24,859 bases of DNA from a virus. Lineage: Duplodnaviria; Caudoviricetes. Below the pieces are notes generated by a model. It searched no databases and had not been told where the DNA came from. It was given only the letters and a program-made list of their open reading frames with translations. The first letter of the stretch is position 1; the number at the start of each line of letters is the position of its first letter. The stretch covers positions 1 to 24,859 of the IMG/VR virus record IMGVR_UViG_3300037484_000305; one strand, given 5' to 3'. Of this stretch, positions 23,959 through 24,859 are shown one piece after another. The translations under genes were made by a program, and so were the position numbers.

Positions 23959-24727
23959 TCAGGATTCGCTTGATCTCGTCGGTCATCTGCTGGTGCACCC
24001 GCGCCGGGTCGCGCTCCGCGGCCACGATGGTCGCGATGCGGTCCGGAACGTTCAGCAGCTTGTCGCGCAGCGTCCGGTCGCGCCGGAACTGCGCCTCGCG
24101 CACCTCGGCCGCCGATACCAGCCGGCCCAGGTCCTTCAGGTACTCCAGCTCCGCCTGCTTCGCCTTGAACTCCTCGGTGCGCGCTCGGTGCTCAAGATAA
24201 CGGTTCGGGTCCCCGTCCTTCGCCGGCGGCGCCGGCGGGCCCGCACCCTCTTTCGAAGATGCTGTCGTGTCCGGCCCCGTCAGCGGCAACTGGCCGGCAG
24301 CCGCTGGCGGGATCTCGCCCGCTTGCGAAGGCGCGTCTGCCAGGACACCAGCCGCGGCTACCGATTCGTTTCCATGCAAATTGGCGCGCTCGTCCTGATT
24401 GACGGTTTTCGCCACCGGCTCTGCGTGCTCAGGCACGGGGCTACTTCCCTCCGCCAGCACGACGGGGGTCGAGCGCAAAGACTGTCTTGACGGCCCGTAA
24501 AATTTGCCGGTCTTCTCGGCTGCCGTCGGATCCGTGTTCCGTGCCCACTCCTGGTCGGCAATCGCGAACTCGATGCGCGGTACCTGGTGGCCAGCCCGGT
24601 CCACGTAAGTGACCGAGCGGCTTATCCTCTTCGCCGCGATTGCCTTGCGCACCGCGTTGTGGTTCACGCCCCGGTGTTTCGCATACGCGCGCACACCGCC
24701 GACCCCTTGCTCGGACACCGTTGACAC
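23894..24727 (-). CDS. terS: Terminase small subunit (Nu1-like)
   Basis: N-terminal HTH-like RAYAKHRGVNHNAVRKAI..RI, ADQEWARNT; C-terminal RAR.E...AKQAELEY....GRLV, RDKLLNVPDR; overlaps terL by 65 bp. Start uncertain (GTG 24727 or 24718 more plausible than 24829). Confidence 0.88.
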   Translation of the reverse strand: MSTVSEQGVGGVRAYAKHRGVNHNAVRKAIAAKRISRSVTYVDRAGHQVPRIEFAIADQEWARNTDPTAAEKTGKFYGPSRQSLRSTPVVLAEGSSPVPEHAEPVAKTVNQDERANLHGNESVAAAGVLADAPSQAGEIPPAAAGQLPLTGPDTTASSKEGAGPPAPPAKDGDPNRYLEHRARTEEFKAKQAELEYLKDLGRLVSAAEVREAQFRRDRTLRDKLLNVPDRIATIVAAERDPARVHQQMTDEIKRILNELSIDAAAEVAGGAPERVAA

Positions 24728-24794
24728 TGTTCGGATACCTCGAAGATGGATACGGACTGCCGTGGGCGGATACCGGCTACCGCTTACCGGATAC
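24713..24794. repeat. Cluster of GGATAC/GGACAC/TGACAC hexamers at the terS start
   Basis: GGATAC at 24733, 24748, 24768, 24789; GGACAC 24713; TGACAC 24722; all same orientation. Confidence 0.55.
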
Positions 24795-24859
24795 TTCCTT
24801 CTGCAAATGGATAATCTGTTGCAAATCAACCACTAGAGCTTTTCCGACCTCTTCCGATG

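Larger units (their letters stand above)
1..24859 (-). mobile_element. Phage/prophage late operon (packaging, head, non-contractile tail, lysis), lambda-like packaging genes
   Basis: Continuous co-oriented minus-strand gene set with overlapping stop/start codons in canonical terS-terL-W-portal-capsid-head/tail-tube-TAC-TMP-tip-lysis order. No sheath or baseplate wedge genes seen. Free phage versus prophage cannot be decided from this window. Confidence 0.97.

Overview
The whole window is the late (morphogenesis and lysis) region of a long-tailed (siphovirus-type) phage or prophage, transcribed entirely on the minus strand. Gene order in the direction of transcription: small terminase; lambda gpA-type large terminase; a six-gene accessory cassette (4.1 kb); gpW-like adaptor; lambda-type portal; a GIY-YIG moron; protease-major capsid fusion; decoration and head-tail genes; tail tube; G/GT chaperones with a -1 slippery site; a basic neck-like protein; tape measure; Dit-like protein; a tail hub gene that appears split in two by an inserted gene; tailspike; holin-like protein; and a DUF5675-like lysis gene running off the left edge (absent from the ORF track). 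The most unusual observations are: (i) the split tail hub gene, with a 763-bp gene-bearing insert bounded by an in-frame GCGCAA repeat; (ii) two related heptamer-repeat hairpin elements in head-tail intergenic spaces; (iii) three copies of a CCCTCTCC..GGAGAGGG palindromic element read in frame inside the portal and terminase genes; (iv) several compositionally distinct, apparently swapped adhesin modules. Family names come from motif recognition by eye, not from database searches. No integrase, att site, CRISPR, RNA gene or reverse transcriptase is visible.
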